Below are positions 27,269 through 37,400 of a DNA stretch of 64,000 nt, in pieces. A model generated the notes under the pieces. That model did not search any database, had not been told where the DNA came from, and saw nothing but the letters and a program-made list of their open reading frames with translations. The position numbers and the translations under genes were made by a program. The DNA is from an uncultured Saprospiraceae bacterium. Lineage in GTDB: Bacteria; Bacteroidota; Bacteroidia; Chitinophagales; Saprospiraceae. Position 1 is the stretch's first letter, and each line of letters opens with the position of its first letter. The DNA lies in assembly GCA_964525165.1 (NCBI GenBank), contig CAZGGG010000006.1, positions 97 through 64,096 on the forward strand. The letters are read 5' to 3'.

Positions 27269-29935
27269 ATGCTATCAAAATTATATGGGTGGCTACTCTT
27301 AGCGGGTTTCATTTTGTTTGTTCCGCAACGTATGCTAGCTCAAGCGATTAAAGGAGATGTTTTAGAAGATTCTATATTTTTAGGAGGGGTGCCTAAAGGA
27401 GAATTGTTAGATATTTCAGATGACGGCAATCGATTGATTTATTTAAAAGAGGAAGGACCTTTCCGAATATCTTTATTGACCAAAAACTGGGATGGAGCAA
27501 GATGGTTAGCTACTACTCAACCCATTTTAGTTGATTCCGTTTTTCTAAACGCAAGCTTATCATTTTCTTTGGAGATATCGGGAGATGGTCAATGTATGGC
27601 CATTGGACAGCCGGAGTTTAACTCTTCTTTCCAGAAAGCAGGAAAGGTTTTATTATACCATTGGAGCGAAAGTAATTGGATCTATGATAAGACGCTCGAG
27701 GGTAACTTGGAGAATGGCCTTTTCGGATCGTCCATTAAGTTCTCGAATGACGGAAAGACGCTGGCTGTAGGAGCTCCCGGAAGTCGAGAGCTTATTGATT
27801 CCGGTAAGGTCTATATTTTTAAGAAAACCAATGATATATGGAATCTGCAGACCTCTATTTCTTCTACTCAAGAATCTATGAATTTTAATTTTGGTGATCA
27901 TATTTACATCAGTGGAGAGGGAAATAAAATAGCCGTAGGGATTCCTGAAGCACTGAATTCAAAAGGAGTAGTACAGCTTTACCGGCATAGTGGGCTCAAA
28001 TGGGATCCAATCGATGTTTTAGAAGGTACCTATGATGGACAAAGGTTTGGCTCTGACTTATCGCCTAGTCGATCATTGGATTCTATTCTAATTGTTTCAC
28101 AGCCTTATCAAACCCCATTTTTTACCACTGACTCAGCAATCAGCTTTGCTGAACTATGGGTAAAAGAGGCTGCCCCTGAGTATCAAATGAAAAAAAGGTT
28201 CAATGGTAAAGTTCTTGCTTCACTGAACCAGTATCACGATGGCGTATTGCAAATGTTGAAACTAGATATGAAACCCCATTTATCTAATGATGGGAAAGAA
28301 ATCGTATTATTTGAATCCTGCTCTTATTTTATCACCTTCAATGGAACGGTGATTCCGGGTCTTTTCCAGTATTCTGATCTCAATTATCACAAAAGTGCGG
28401 AAGGAGATTGGCAAAACCAGAATTTGTACTGGCCGGGCTTGTCCCCTAATCGGAAAATATTCAGTCATATTGACTTTTCGCGCGATGAGCAAAACCTGGC
28501 GGCTATTATTTACTCTCAAAATTTACCATTAGGTGGACAAAATCCGTCTATTGATCGAATCCTTAGCATCTTTCAACATAAGCTGGAATATGTTCCTACC
28601 TTTTACATCAATGATCAGAAGGATACTATTGTTTTTGAAGGAAATAAAAGCTTGGTCATCAACGATTCCAATGGGCAGTTTAGCCAACGTATTGAATTAA
28701 CTGCAGGTAAGACACTTCTGCTGGATATTGAAGAAGGGTACACGATTACCCCCTTATTACCTGAATCCTGGGAGGCTTATCCTCCTTTTTCAGTCATAGA
28801 TAGTTTAGTGCTGAATGCACCTAACAGAGATTATCAGATTAATGACAGCTTTTTTCTGGTTCCCCCGGCCGATGAATATGATTTAGAAATCGATCACTTA
28901 ATCAATAGTCCTATAGCAGAGGGGACAGAAGTGTTTCATAAAATTAAGTATCGAAATCGTGGAGGAAAAGCTCAGGATGGAATCATTGAGTTTTATTATA
29001 ATCCCGAGGTAGAAGAGCTGGTTACGGCTACTCCCAAACCATTGGAAAACATTAATGGAAGAATTATTTGGGACTATGAAGACTTAAAGGGCTTGCAAGA
29101 GCAAGAGATTCAATTTTCTCTTTTGGTTGCTGATAAAATAGACTCCTCATTCCTGGATGATAACTATCGCCTGTGTTATGAAGCTTTAATTCTTCCGATT
29201 TCCGGTGACAGAGAACCTTCCAATAATGAAGAGACCGCAAAATGTGCAAATATTGGCCTCTTTATTGAAGCTAACGATAAATTGTGCCTGAATGGAAATG
29301 AGATCGCAGCTGAAGAAGTAGGTAAGGAGGTGCAATACCTGATTCGGTTTGAATATGAAGGCGAAGGGACTGCTGTAAATGTAGAAGTTGTCGACCCCAT
29401 CGACCCCGCAGTCTTTAATATTGAAACTTTTAGAATGATCGAAACCAGCGATCCTGTGAGAGCCAGGATTGTTGGAGATTCTATCATCTTTCAGTTTGAC
29501 GGAATCTATTTAGAACAAAATACTTCTAAACCAGCGGGTTATTTGGTTTTTGGAATCGAAACCTGGGATGACTTAACCCATGAAGACACTTTGATCAATC
29601 GGGCGCTGATCAGCTATGACCAGAAAGCAAAGGTTGTCACAAAAGATGAAGTGACGATGATTCGACAAACAGTCGAGACAGTACATGAGCGAGATACACG
29701 ACAAGCTTTATTGTACCCTAATCCCACTTATGGTTCTATTCAAATTGAAAGCGATGAAAAAATTAAGGATATAAAAATTTACAGTCCTGGAGGGGTGCTT
29801 GTTCGTGACTTCGGCCATGGGGTTATTTGGGGTAACCGAAATCAACTGAATCTAGAGCATCTTACTCCCGGGACTTATTTTGTTCAAATAATCTACCAGA
29901 ATAAAACCGACTTTATTCCGATCGTTGTGCATTGA
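27269..29935 (+). CDS. Secreted FG-GAP-repeat protein with a T9SS type A C-terminal sorting domain
   Basis: Signal peptide. Repeated ..DG..(I/L)A(V/I)G.P......G.V..Y motifs (FG-GAP-like). The C-terminus reads LLYPNPTYGSIQIE....IKIYSPGGVLV........LTPGTYFVQII (Por secretion tail). Confidence 0.85.
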   Translation: MLSKLYGWLLLAGFILFVPQRMLAQAIKGDVLEDSIFLGGVPKGELLDISDDGNRLIYLKEEGPFRISLLTKNWDGARWLATTQPILVDSVFLNASLSFSLEISGDGQCMAIGQPEFNSSFQKAGKVLLYHWSESNWIYDKTLEGNLENGLFGSSIKFSNDGKTLAVGAPGSRELIDSGKVYIFKKTNDIWNLQTSISSTQESMNFNFGDHIYISGEGNKIAVGIPEALNSKGVVQLYRHSGLKWDPIDVLEGTYDGQRFGSDLSPSRSLDSILIVSQPYQTPFFTTDSAISFAELWVKEAAPEYQMKKRFNGKVLASLNQYHDGVLQMLKLDMKPHLSNDGKEIVLFESCSYFITFNGTVIPGLFQYSDLNYHKSAEGDWQNQNLYWPGLSPNRKIFSHIDFSRDEQNLAAIIYSQNLPLGGQNPSIDRILSIFQHKLEYVPTFYINDQKDTIVFEGNKSLVINDSNGQFSQRIELTAGKTLLLDIEEGYTITPLLPESWEAYPPFSVIDSLVLNAPNRDYQINDSFFLVPPADEYDLEIDHLINSPIAEGTEVFHKIKYRNRGGKAQDGIIEFYYNPEVEELVTATPKPLENINGRIIWDYEDLKGLQEQEIQFSLLVADKIDSSFLDDNYRLCYEALILPISGDREPSNNEETAKCANIGLFIEANDKLCLNGNEIAAEEVGKEVQYLIRFEYEGEGTAVNVEVVDPIDPAVFNIETFRMIETSDPVRARIVGDSIIFQFDGIYLEQNTSKPAGYLVFGIETWDDLTHEDTLINRALISYDQKAKVVTKDEVTMIRQTVETVHERDTRQALLYPNPTYGSIQIESDEKIKDIKIYSPGGVLVRDFGHGVIWGNRNQLNLEHLTPGTYFVQIIYQNKTDFIPIVVH

Positions 29936-30136
29936 GCTAGTAAATAGCCTAAAAGGTATAGGTAACTTTCTCTTTGATTTCATAAATGAATCGAAACTTA
30001 TATAAGATGCCACAGGGTAGGCTTTAGGGAGTCTGGATAGCGTAAACAAACTCATCCAGGCTCCATTCTTTGTATAGAAGATGATGTTTTAAATGGGAAG
30101 GTAAGTTTTTGTCTTACCTTAGTCCGGGTATTTTCC

Positions 30137-30748
30137 ATGATAATGAATAAACCAAAATTATTAATCGTTGATAATCATGATTCCTTTACCTACAACTTAG
30201 TAGAAAGCTGTAGAAAGTTTGAGAATTATGATTTGGAGGTGATTCCTACGGAGCAAGTTCGGAGGAGTCACATCATGGAATCCAATCGCTTGATTATTTC
30301 TCCGGGGCCCGGTCTGCCGCACGAAAGCAAAGGTTTACTGAATATTTTATCTGTGGCGATGCAAGAAAGACCCATTTTGGGTATTTGTTTGGGAATGCAG
30401 GCATTAGCCAGGGTGACAGGTAATCGTCTGATTCAAATGACTGATCCCAGGCATGGATATGCATCTCAGATTACGAATTTCGATCCGGAAGATCTTTTAT
30501 ATCAAAAGATTCAGGCTCCTATAGTCGTAGGGCGATATCATTCCTGGAGAGTGGAACACCATTCATTAAGTGCAGAATGGGTTCCGACTGCCATAACAAA
30601 TTCTGAAGTTTTAATGTCTATGCGGCATCAGTCACTCCCCATTTGGGCTGTGCAATATCATCCGGAATCCTATATCACAAAACAAGGGGATCAGGTGATT
30701 CATAATTTTCTCTCCTGGACCAAGCACGAATCTGTACATTCTGCATGA
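30137..30748 (+). CDS. Glutamine amidotransferase, anthranilate/aminodeoxychorismate synthase component II type (TrpG/PabA)
   Basis: LIVDNHDSFTYNLV, ISPGPG, the catalytic Cys in GICLGMQAL, and YHPES. No trp genes are adjacent, so a PabA role is plausible but unproven. Confidence 0.85.
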   Translation: MIMNKPKLLIVDNHDSFTYNLVESCRKFENYDLEVIPTEQVRRSHIMESNRLIISPGPGLPHESKGLLNILSVAMQERPILGICLGMQALARVTGNRLIQMTDPRHGYASQITNFDPEDLLYQKIQAPIVVGRYHSWRVEHHSLSAEWVPTAITNSEVLMSMRHQSLPIWAVQYHPESYITKQGDQVIHNFLSWTKHESVHSA

Positions 30749-30807
30749 TTTTTCTTTTGCGGAAGCGAAAGAAGTGTGCTATCTTTTGAAAAATGAAAGC
30801 ATAAGAT

Positions 30808-31482
30808 ATGGCCTTTTTTACCTCCGATTTCCTTGATTTCTTTATGGAACTAGCTGCTCATAACCATAAGGAATGGTTTAATGAAAACAGGAAAAGATAT
30901 GAGCAAAGTGTCAGAGAACCCATGAAGGCTTTTGTGGAGCATATGAGACAACGGTTGACGCCTTTAGAGCCGGAGTTGAAAGAGTTGCAGGTCAAAAATG
31001 CGATATTTAGAATCAATAATGATATTCGATTTGCTAAGGATAAGCCGCTCTATAAAATCCATACAGCAGCCGTTCTAAATCGAGGAGGAAGGAAAGAAAT
31101 GAACCGGCCGGGATTCTACATGCAAATGGGGCCGGACCAGCCCTTCATTGCGGGAGGGAGTTATATGCCTTCTAAGGAGGAGTTGATAGCGATTCGTCAT
31201 AAAATTGTGAATGAAGCAGATCGGTTTGAGAAAATACTGGAATCGAGGGATTTTCAAGCTGAATTTGAAGGACTCGGACCCTCTAAAATGAATAAGCGTT
31301 TGCCTAAAGGACTGCAAGAGCACACGGACGCTCTTCCGGTATTGTTTAATAAGCAATTTTATTATTCTAAAACATATGATCCGGATCGGATTCTGTCAGA
31401 TGATTTTGACGATTTTCTGGTATCCTCTTACGAAGCAGCAGAACCTTTACGTTTGTTTTTGAAGGAGGCTTTAACTGCTTAG
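30808..31482 (+). CDS. DUF2461 (TIGR02453)-like protein
   Basis: 224 aa. L..NN.K.WF..N...Y and FRINNDIRFAKDKPLYK, recognised from memory of this family. Confidence 0.7.
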   Translation: MAFFTSDFLDFFMELAAHNHKEWFNENRKRYEQSVREPMKAFVEHMRQRLTPLEPELKELQVKNAIFRINNDIRFAKDKPLYKIHTAAVLNRGGRKEMNRPGFYMQMGPDQPFIAGGSYMPSKEELIAIRHKIVNEADRFEKILESRDFQAEFEGLGPSKMNKRLPKGLQEHTDALPVLFNKQFYYSKTYDPDRILSDDFDDFLVSSYEAAEPLRLFLKEALTA

Positions 31483-32019
31483 ATAGACTTGCGCTTCAGG
31501 ATCGGTCCTCAACAAACCATAGCGATGCTCATCTATCAATTGACCATTTTTGATCACAGCCTTTCTGAGTACACCTTCTTTTTGAAACCCTGCATGGAGT
31601 ACGAGCCGTTGGGAGGCAATATTGTGTTCAAAAATAGAGGTAAAAATGCGCTTTGCCTTTAACTGTTGGAAACCATATCGTAGTAATAGAGGAAGCATGT
31701 TTGTAGCAATGCCTCTTCCCCAATAAGGTTCTCCCAGCCAATATCCCATTTCCAAAGAATGGCGGTATATATCTTCTTGAGGTAAAAACCCGGCAATCCC
31801 ACAGAGTTCTGACTTTCTGATAATCGCAAAGGTATGAGGAGGACGTTCTTTACTTATTCTTTCGATAAACGAATAGGCATCATCCAAAGAATACGGGTAG
31901 GGCATATAATCTCTGAGATTATCCCATATTTTTTTATTGTTGCCTAAACGTGCGATCGCTTCGGCATCTCCTATCTCAGGAGGTCTAAGATGTATATCCG
32001 GCTTAGAATCCTTCTGCAT
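31471..32019 (-). CDS. GNAT-family N-acetyltransferase (RimJ/RimL-like)
   Basis: 182 aa. GYWLGEPYWGRGIATN and the size and layout are typical of acetyltransferases. Confidence 0.8.
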   Translation of the reverse strand: MQKDSKPDIHLRPPEIGDAEAIARLGNNKKIWDNLRDYMPYPYSLDDAYSFIERISKERPPHTFAIIRKSELCGIAGFLPQEDIYRHSLEMGYWLGEPYWGRGIATNMLPLLLRYGFQQLKAKRIFTSIFEHNIASQRLVLHAGFQKEGVLRKAVIKNGQLIDEHRYGLLRTDPEAQVYLSS

Positions 32020-33712
32020 GATCGTTACTTCTGGGGTCTCCCGAACCTATGAGTGTAGTATCATTGATCCTTTGAACACCTTTTACGTATCCCAGATAGT
32101 GCACGGTGTCTAAATGGTGTCCCATGGTAGATAAATCAGATGCCAAAGAGTCCACAGCTTGACCTTCGATCATCACCTTGTCGGGAAACCACTGATGATG
32201 AAACCTTCCTCTGGCAATCGCCTCGTCAACTGTTAAGTCATATTCATGGACCCACATAAAGACCTGGAAAACGCTGGTAATAATCGTTGATCCGCCCGGA
32301 CTTCCGAGCACTAAAAATAATGCTCCATCTTTTTCAAAGATGGTAGGGGTCATAGAGCTCAGCATTCGTTTGTTCGGTGCTATGGCATTTGCCTGATTCC
32401 CAATTAATCCAAATTGATTGGGAACACCAGGCTTTGCACTGAAATCGTCCATTTCATTATTCATCAAGACTCCGGTTCCGGGAATCATCACTTTCGATCC
32501 ATAATTTGAATTCAAGGTGGTGGTGATAGCCACAGCATTTCCATAAGGGTCGATAATGCTCGTATGCGTGGTTTCAAAACTTTCCGGGAGGACCAAAGAT
32601 CCTTCGGGAGCGATGGATGCGCTGCTACTGGCTTGGTTAAACTGAATCGTAGAAAGTGCTTCTTTCATATACAGAGTGTCCAAAAGACGCGCCACAGGCA
32701 CATCAACAAAATCAGGATCGCCCAGATAGGCAGCGCGATCTGCATACACTCTTCTCTCCGCTTCTATGACTTTATGCGCATTTGAGATATGATATAAACC
32801 ATTAGAGTCGGGCTGCAGAATTTCCATAGCTAGGAGCAATTGACCTAAGGCAAGACCTCCGCTAGAAGGGGGGGGCATAGAGATCATCCGGGTATTCTTG
32901 TATGAGACTTGCAATGGCTGTCGCCAAATGGCCTGATAATTTTGAAGGTCTTCCTTCCGGATGAAACCTTCATTTTCTTCCATATACCTGATGATGCGCT
33001 CTGCTGTCGGACCGGCATAAAATCCTTCTGGACCGTGTTCTTGAATCTGGCGTAATGTCTGCGCCAATTCCTTTTGAATCAGGGAGTCTCCTTCCTTCCA
33101 GGGGCTTGACTTAATCAGGGGGCTTTCATCCGCTGTATTCCACTCTTTAAAGGCCGATTGGTATTGGTTGAGACGATCACACTCTGTTTGATTCAGCACA
33201 AATCCGTGTTCAGCTAATTCAATAGCCGGTGCTAACAATTCACCCCAATTTTTAAGACGGCTGTACTTTTTAAAGGCAGTATACATACCTGCCACCGAGC
33301 CGGGAACGCCTGAAGCGGTAGGACCTTTTAAACTTAATTCGTGTACTACGTCACCTTTTTCGTTCTGATACATTTTCTCGTGGGCCAAAGCGGGGGCTTT
33401 TTCTCTAAAATCTAAAGCATCAGAAACCCCTTCCTTGTCTCGCCAAATCAAAAAACCGCCACCTCCAAGATTGCCTGCTCTCGGATATACAACCGCTAAG
33501 GCAAAATGCGACGCAATCGCAGCATCTATGGCGTTTCCACCAGCCTTCATGATTTCCAGACCTGCTTGGGTAGCTAGGGGGTGGGCGGTGACCATCATGG
33601 CTTCAGAAGCAGAGGCGTGAATGACATTAGGCACCGGATTTGCAATAGAAGCTGTAGGCTTATGTTGACATGATATAAAGATCAATAAACCGAAAAGGAT
33701 GAAATGTCGCAT
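32003..33712 (-). CDS. ggt: Gamma-glutamyltransferase
   Basis: 569 aa with a signal peptide. Contains GGNAIDAA, the nucleophile region ETTHTSIIDPYGNAV, SSMTP and GSPGGSTII. Confidence 0.95.
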   Translation of the reverse strand: MRHFILFGLLIFISCQHKPTASIANPVPNVIHASASEAMMVTAHPLATQAGLEIMKAGGNAIDAAIASHFALAVVYPRAGNLGGGGFLIWRDKEGVSDALDFREKAPALAHEKMYQNEKGDVVHELSLKGPTASGVPGSVAGMYTAFKKYSRLKNWGELLAPAIELAEHGFVLNQTECDRLNQYQSAFKEWNTADESPLIKSSPWKEGDSLIQKELAQTLRQIQEHGPEGFYAGPTAERIIRYMEENEGFIRKEDLQNYQAIWRQPLQVSYKNTRMISMPPPSSGGLALGQLLLAMEILQPDSNGLYHISNAHKVIEAERRVYADRAAYLGDPDFVDVPVARLLDTLYMKEALSTIQFNQASSSASIAPEGSLVLPESFETTHTSIIDPYGNAVAITTTLNSNYGSKVMIPGTGVLMNNEMDDFSAKPGVPNQFGLIGNQANAIAPNKRMLSSMTPTIFEKDGALFLVLGSPGGSTIITSVFQVFMWVHEYDLTVDEAIARGRFHHQWFPDKVMIEGQAVDSLASDLSTMGHHLDTVHYLGYVKGVQRINDTTLIGSGDPRSNDHAEGF

Positions 33713-33775
33713 AGAAACTGTATTTCCTTAAAAGTACCACTTTGCCCCAATTCAGTTTGAAAGATTGATTCGAAA

Positions 33776-34426
33776 TTAAATTTCCGGAGGGATGATCTCC
33801 CTAAATTCTCCATTCATTAAGGCCTTTCTCTTTATTGAAGCCGTCATTTTTACATTGGGAAGAATTTTTTGTAATTGATGCAAAACAACAATTTGTCTAT
33901 CATACTCACTGGGGATACTTAATAATTGATACTCTTCTTCAAGATTGAATCCCAGATAGTGCCCAATTTGGTAAGTTTCAAACAGCTCTACAGGTTTTAA
34001 CTTTTTAGAGATATTCAGAATTTGAAACACCTCACTCAATTGGTTATAGATTTGACGGCTCAATTGAGGATCCCCATTATCTTCATTTTCGAATTTGCGC
34101 ACTTTCGCTCCTGCATACAATTTGCCCGGGTAAGGTTTGAATAATTCTTCAATTTCAAACAAACCCTTGGATTGGGTTTTGATATCCATTCGCCCGTCCT
34201 CATAAGTCTTTTCAATACTATTGATTTGCATCAAGGTGCCTACTTTTTGGATCCCACCATTGATAAAAGGCACAATCCCGAAAGAAAGCCCATCACTCAT
34301 GCAGTCCCTTACGAGTTGGCGGTATTTAGGTTCGAAGATATGCAGGTTGATCATTTCTTCGGGAAATACCACAATTTGCAAAGGGAAGAGAGGGATCATA
34401 AAGTCAATTTTGTATCTTCTAAACAT
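33776..34426 (-). CDS. LON substrate-binding (Lon N-terminal) domain protein
   Basis: MIPLFPLQIVVFPEEMINLHIFEPKYRQLV is the typical start of this domain. An alternative ATG at 34399 would give that N-terminus. Confidence 0.8.
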   Translation of the reverse strand: MFRRYKIDFMIPLFPLQIVVFPEEMINLHIFEPKYRQLVRDCMSDGLSFGIVPFINGGIQKVGTLMQINSIEKTYEDGRMDIKTQSKGLFEIEELFKPYPGKLYAGAKVRKFENEDNGDPQLSRQIYNQLSEVFQILNISKKLKPVELFETYQIGHYLGFNLEEEYQLLSIPSEYDRQIVVLHQLQKILPNVKMTASIKRKALMNGEFREIIPPEI

Positions 34427-34440
34427 AAAACTTGATTACT

Positions 34441-37400
34441 ATGAAGGTTCATCATTATTTGACTTATTTAATTTTTATTTCATTCCTGATGATTTTTGCC
34501 TCTTGTAATCAGGATGCAAAGAATGAAGATCAAAATTCAGGTATTCAGCTAAGCGGACATAGCTCAGGGTATATTGGAAGGACGGAATCTATTTTTATTC
34601 ATTTTCGCGATAAGGTACAGGATCAAATAAACCCTGAAGATTGTATTCGATTCCAGCCGGAAATAAAAGGATCCTTCAGTTGGGACAGTCCTCAAAAATT
34701 GATTTTCAAGCCGGAAAGTCCAATGGCTTCTGCCACAAAAATTGAAGTCCAGATAAGTGCTTCCTGTTTAAATGAAGAGAACGCATATAACTTTTCATTG
34801 GAGACACCTCCACTTATCGCTCAATTGACTTCGGGACAATTAGAATTTATCCCAAGTCAGAACCTGTATACATTAAACGGACAGCTAAAGACCTCCGATT
34901 GGGTAGATGTTGACCAAGTAAAAAATCACTTCAAGGCAGAAATGAATGGAGTCTCTTTAGAGGTGGAATGGAATTATAGACCAGTGCTGCACGAGTATCA
35001 TTTCCAAATCCAACATATTCCCAGAGGACAACAAACACAAGCTCTACACATCTCTTTTAAAGCGCTTTCTGATCAAATGGAAACGATACAGCTCACGAAG
35101 GATATACCCTCTGTTTCTGAATTCGTCTTGTTAAGTGTTTCCACAGAAAACAAGGGAGGACAACGTGTTCATTTGGTATTTTCCAACGCTCTTGATAAGG
35201 CACAAGATCTATCAGGATTGGTCCAATTGGGGAATAATCTACCGCACAGAAGATCTGTAAATGCTAATGTTTTGACTTTATATCCGGAACAGCGACAAGC
35301 CGAGCCGGTGTCTATTGAAGTGTCGGCTGCTGTCAGAGACTTGAAAGGAGAAGTACTTGGCCAAAAAGTGATCCGGAATGCGGATTTCCGGGCATTAAAT
35401 CCCCAATTACGTTGGGTCGGGCAAGGAAATATTTTACCGGAAAAAGGGAACCGCAGACTTCCTTTCGAGGCAGTCAGTTTACAGGCAGTGGACGTAGAAG
35501 TTTTCAGAATAGAAACGGATAATAGTAAACAATTTATTAGCGATTATGACCTCTCGTCAACCTACCCATTTGATAAGATGGGGAAGATGGTCTATCAACA
35601 AAAAATAAGTTTGGACGAATTGGGATCTCTGGATCAAGGAAGTTGGAATAGATATACCCTGGATGTAAATAAATTGATTCAGGTAGATCCTTCCGGATTG
35701 TATCAAGTTCGGATTGGATTTCGACCTTCTTACTCTATTTTAGATTGTGCACCTGAAGTGAATGAAAGACTCGAAGATCATTATGTGCGAGGAGGATATT
35801 GGAATAAGTCTTCACTTTGGAGTATTGGATACCGAGGTTTTGGTTCATCCGATTCTTATTGGCAGGATCGTGATTCCCCTTGCAAAGGGAGTTACTATAA
35901 TACCAATCGTTTTCTCCGAAAAAATATTTATCCGGCGCATACGGGCTTAATTGCCAAGCAAGGCGAAGATCGGTCTCTATGGGTGGCAGCGCTGGACCTT
36001 ATGACCGCAGAGCAACAATCAGACATCGCACTCTTTTTATATGACCGGACAGGTGCTTTGATCAAAAGTGGTAAAACCAATCAAGAAGGTTGGTGGCATG
36101 CAAAAGATTTGAAGGATAAGCCTTATTTGGTAGAAGCGCGTCTGGAGTCCGGCTCGACTTTCTTGAACATTGAAGATGGGAACGCTTTATCCACCAGCCA
36201 ATTTTCTACCTCCGGATTATTTGTCCCCGGTGGTCTGAAGGCCTATATCTTTGCCGAAAGGGGTATTTGGAGACCAGGAGATACTGTATTTGCGTGGTGT
36301 ATCTTACATAATGAGTTGAAAAAATTGCCGGATACCTATCCCATAAGGGTGCAATATTTTGATCCTTCCGGAAAAGAAGTGATGAGTAAAAAAGTCGTTA
36401 GTCCAAAGGGACATTTTTATGATCTCTCTTTTGCCACTCCGGATCAGGCAATGACAGGAAACTGGCGAATTCAAGTCAATGCAGGAGGTAGGAATTTTTC
36501 GAAGACCATTCCGGTCGAAAATATTCGTCCCAATCGAATCGTCATCGAAGGAAGGATGCGGGAATCGGACAATGAATTTCAGTACCAAGGGAAAGCCAAG
36601 TGGCTGCACGGTCTGGATGCTGCTGGTTTAAAAGTGATTTCAGAGGCAAGAATTCAAAATAAAAAACGCCGGTTTGAGGCTTTTCCATCTTTTCAATTTT
36701 CAGATCCCGCAAAAGAAGACTGGCTCTTGGAGAAAGTTGTATATAACGGAAAGAGCAATCAGGAGGGGGAAATATCCTTTTCTTTTGATCAACCCGATGC
36801 ACAGCAGATAGATGGTGACCTAGAAATTACCTTACGAAGCCAGATTTATGAGCCCGGGGGCTCATTCAGTTCTGATATATATCGCGAGCACATGCCGATC
36901 TTTGATGCATTCGTAGGTGTGCAAATGCCCAAAAATGAATACGGATTCCCGGTAGTGCAGCAAAATGAAAAGGGAAGCTTCCCTGTCCTTTGCCTAAATG
37001 AAGGGGGGCAACCCTTACAAAATCAAAAAGTGACCATCGGTTTTTATAAAGTGGACCGCTATTATTGGTGGGATAGTGATCGATTCAACTACAGCCGCTA
37101 TAATTCCAGACAGCATGAAGAGGCTATAGAAGTATTGGAGTTAAGGACGGATGCTAAAGGAAAGGCAGAGGCATTCTTTGTACCGCAAGATTACGGTCCA
37201 TATTTGGTAAGAGTGGTTCATTCGGAAGGACATACAGCCGGTGGACTTTTTTACAGCAGTTATTGGGGGAATGCGTCCGACGATGACGAAGGAATCGCTG
37301 CACTACCTATGAAGGTACAAAGACAGGAGGTGACAGTAGGAGAGGAAATGGAGCTCATGATCCCGGGTATTAAAAAAAGTAAAGTACTGGTAAGCTTGGA

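Noticed and set aside
29852-30055. 67-aa minus-strand ORF overlapping the end of the T9SS protein gene
   Set aside because: It overlaps the 3' end of a well-supported gene, has basic low-complexity composition, and has no motif.
30113-30130. AGTCCGGG string reminiscent of the RNase P RNA GAAAGUCCGGGC motif
   Set aside because: Only a 7-8 nt partial match. The surrounding sequence has none of the other conserved RNase P elements, and the region is too short.
30751-30787. Hairpin TTCTTTTGC-GGAA-GCGAAAGAA after the amidotransferase gene, and the near-consensus box TATCTTTT
   Set aside because: The hairpin has no downstream U-tract on either strand. The box deviates from TAnnTTTG at the invariant G. 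Both are too weak to call as a terminator or promoter.
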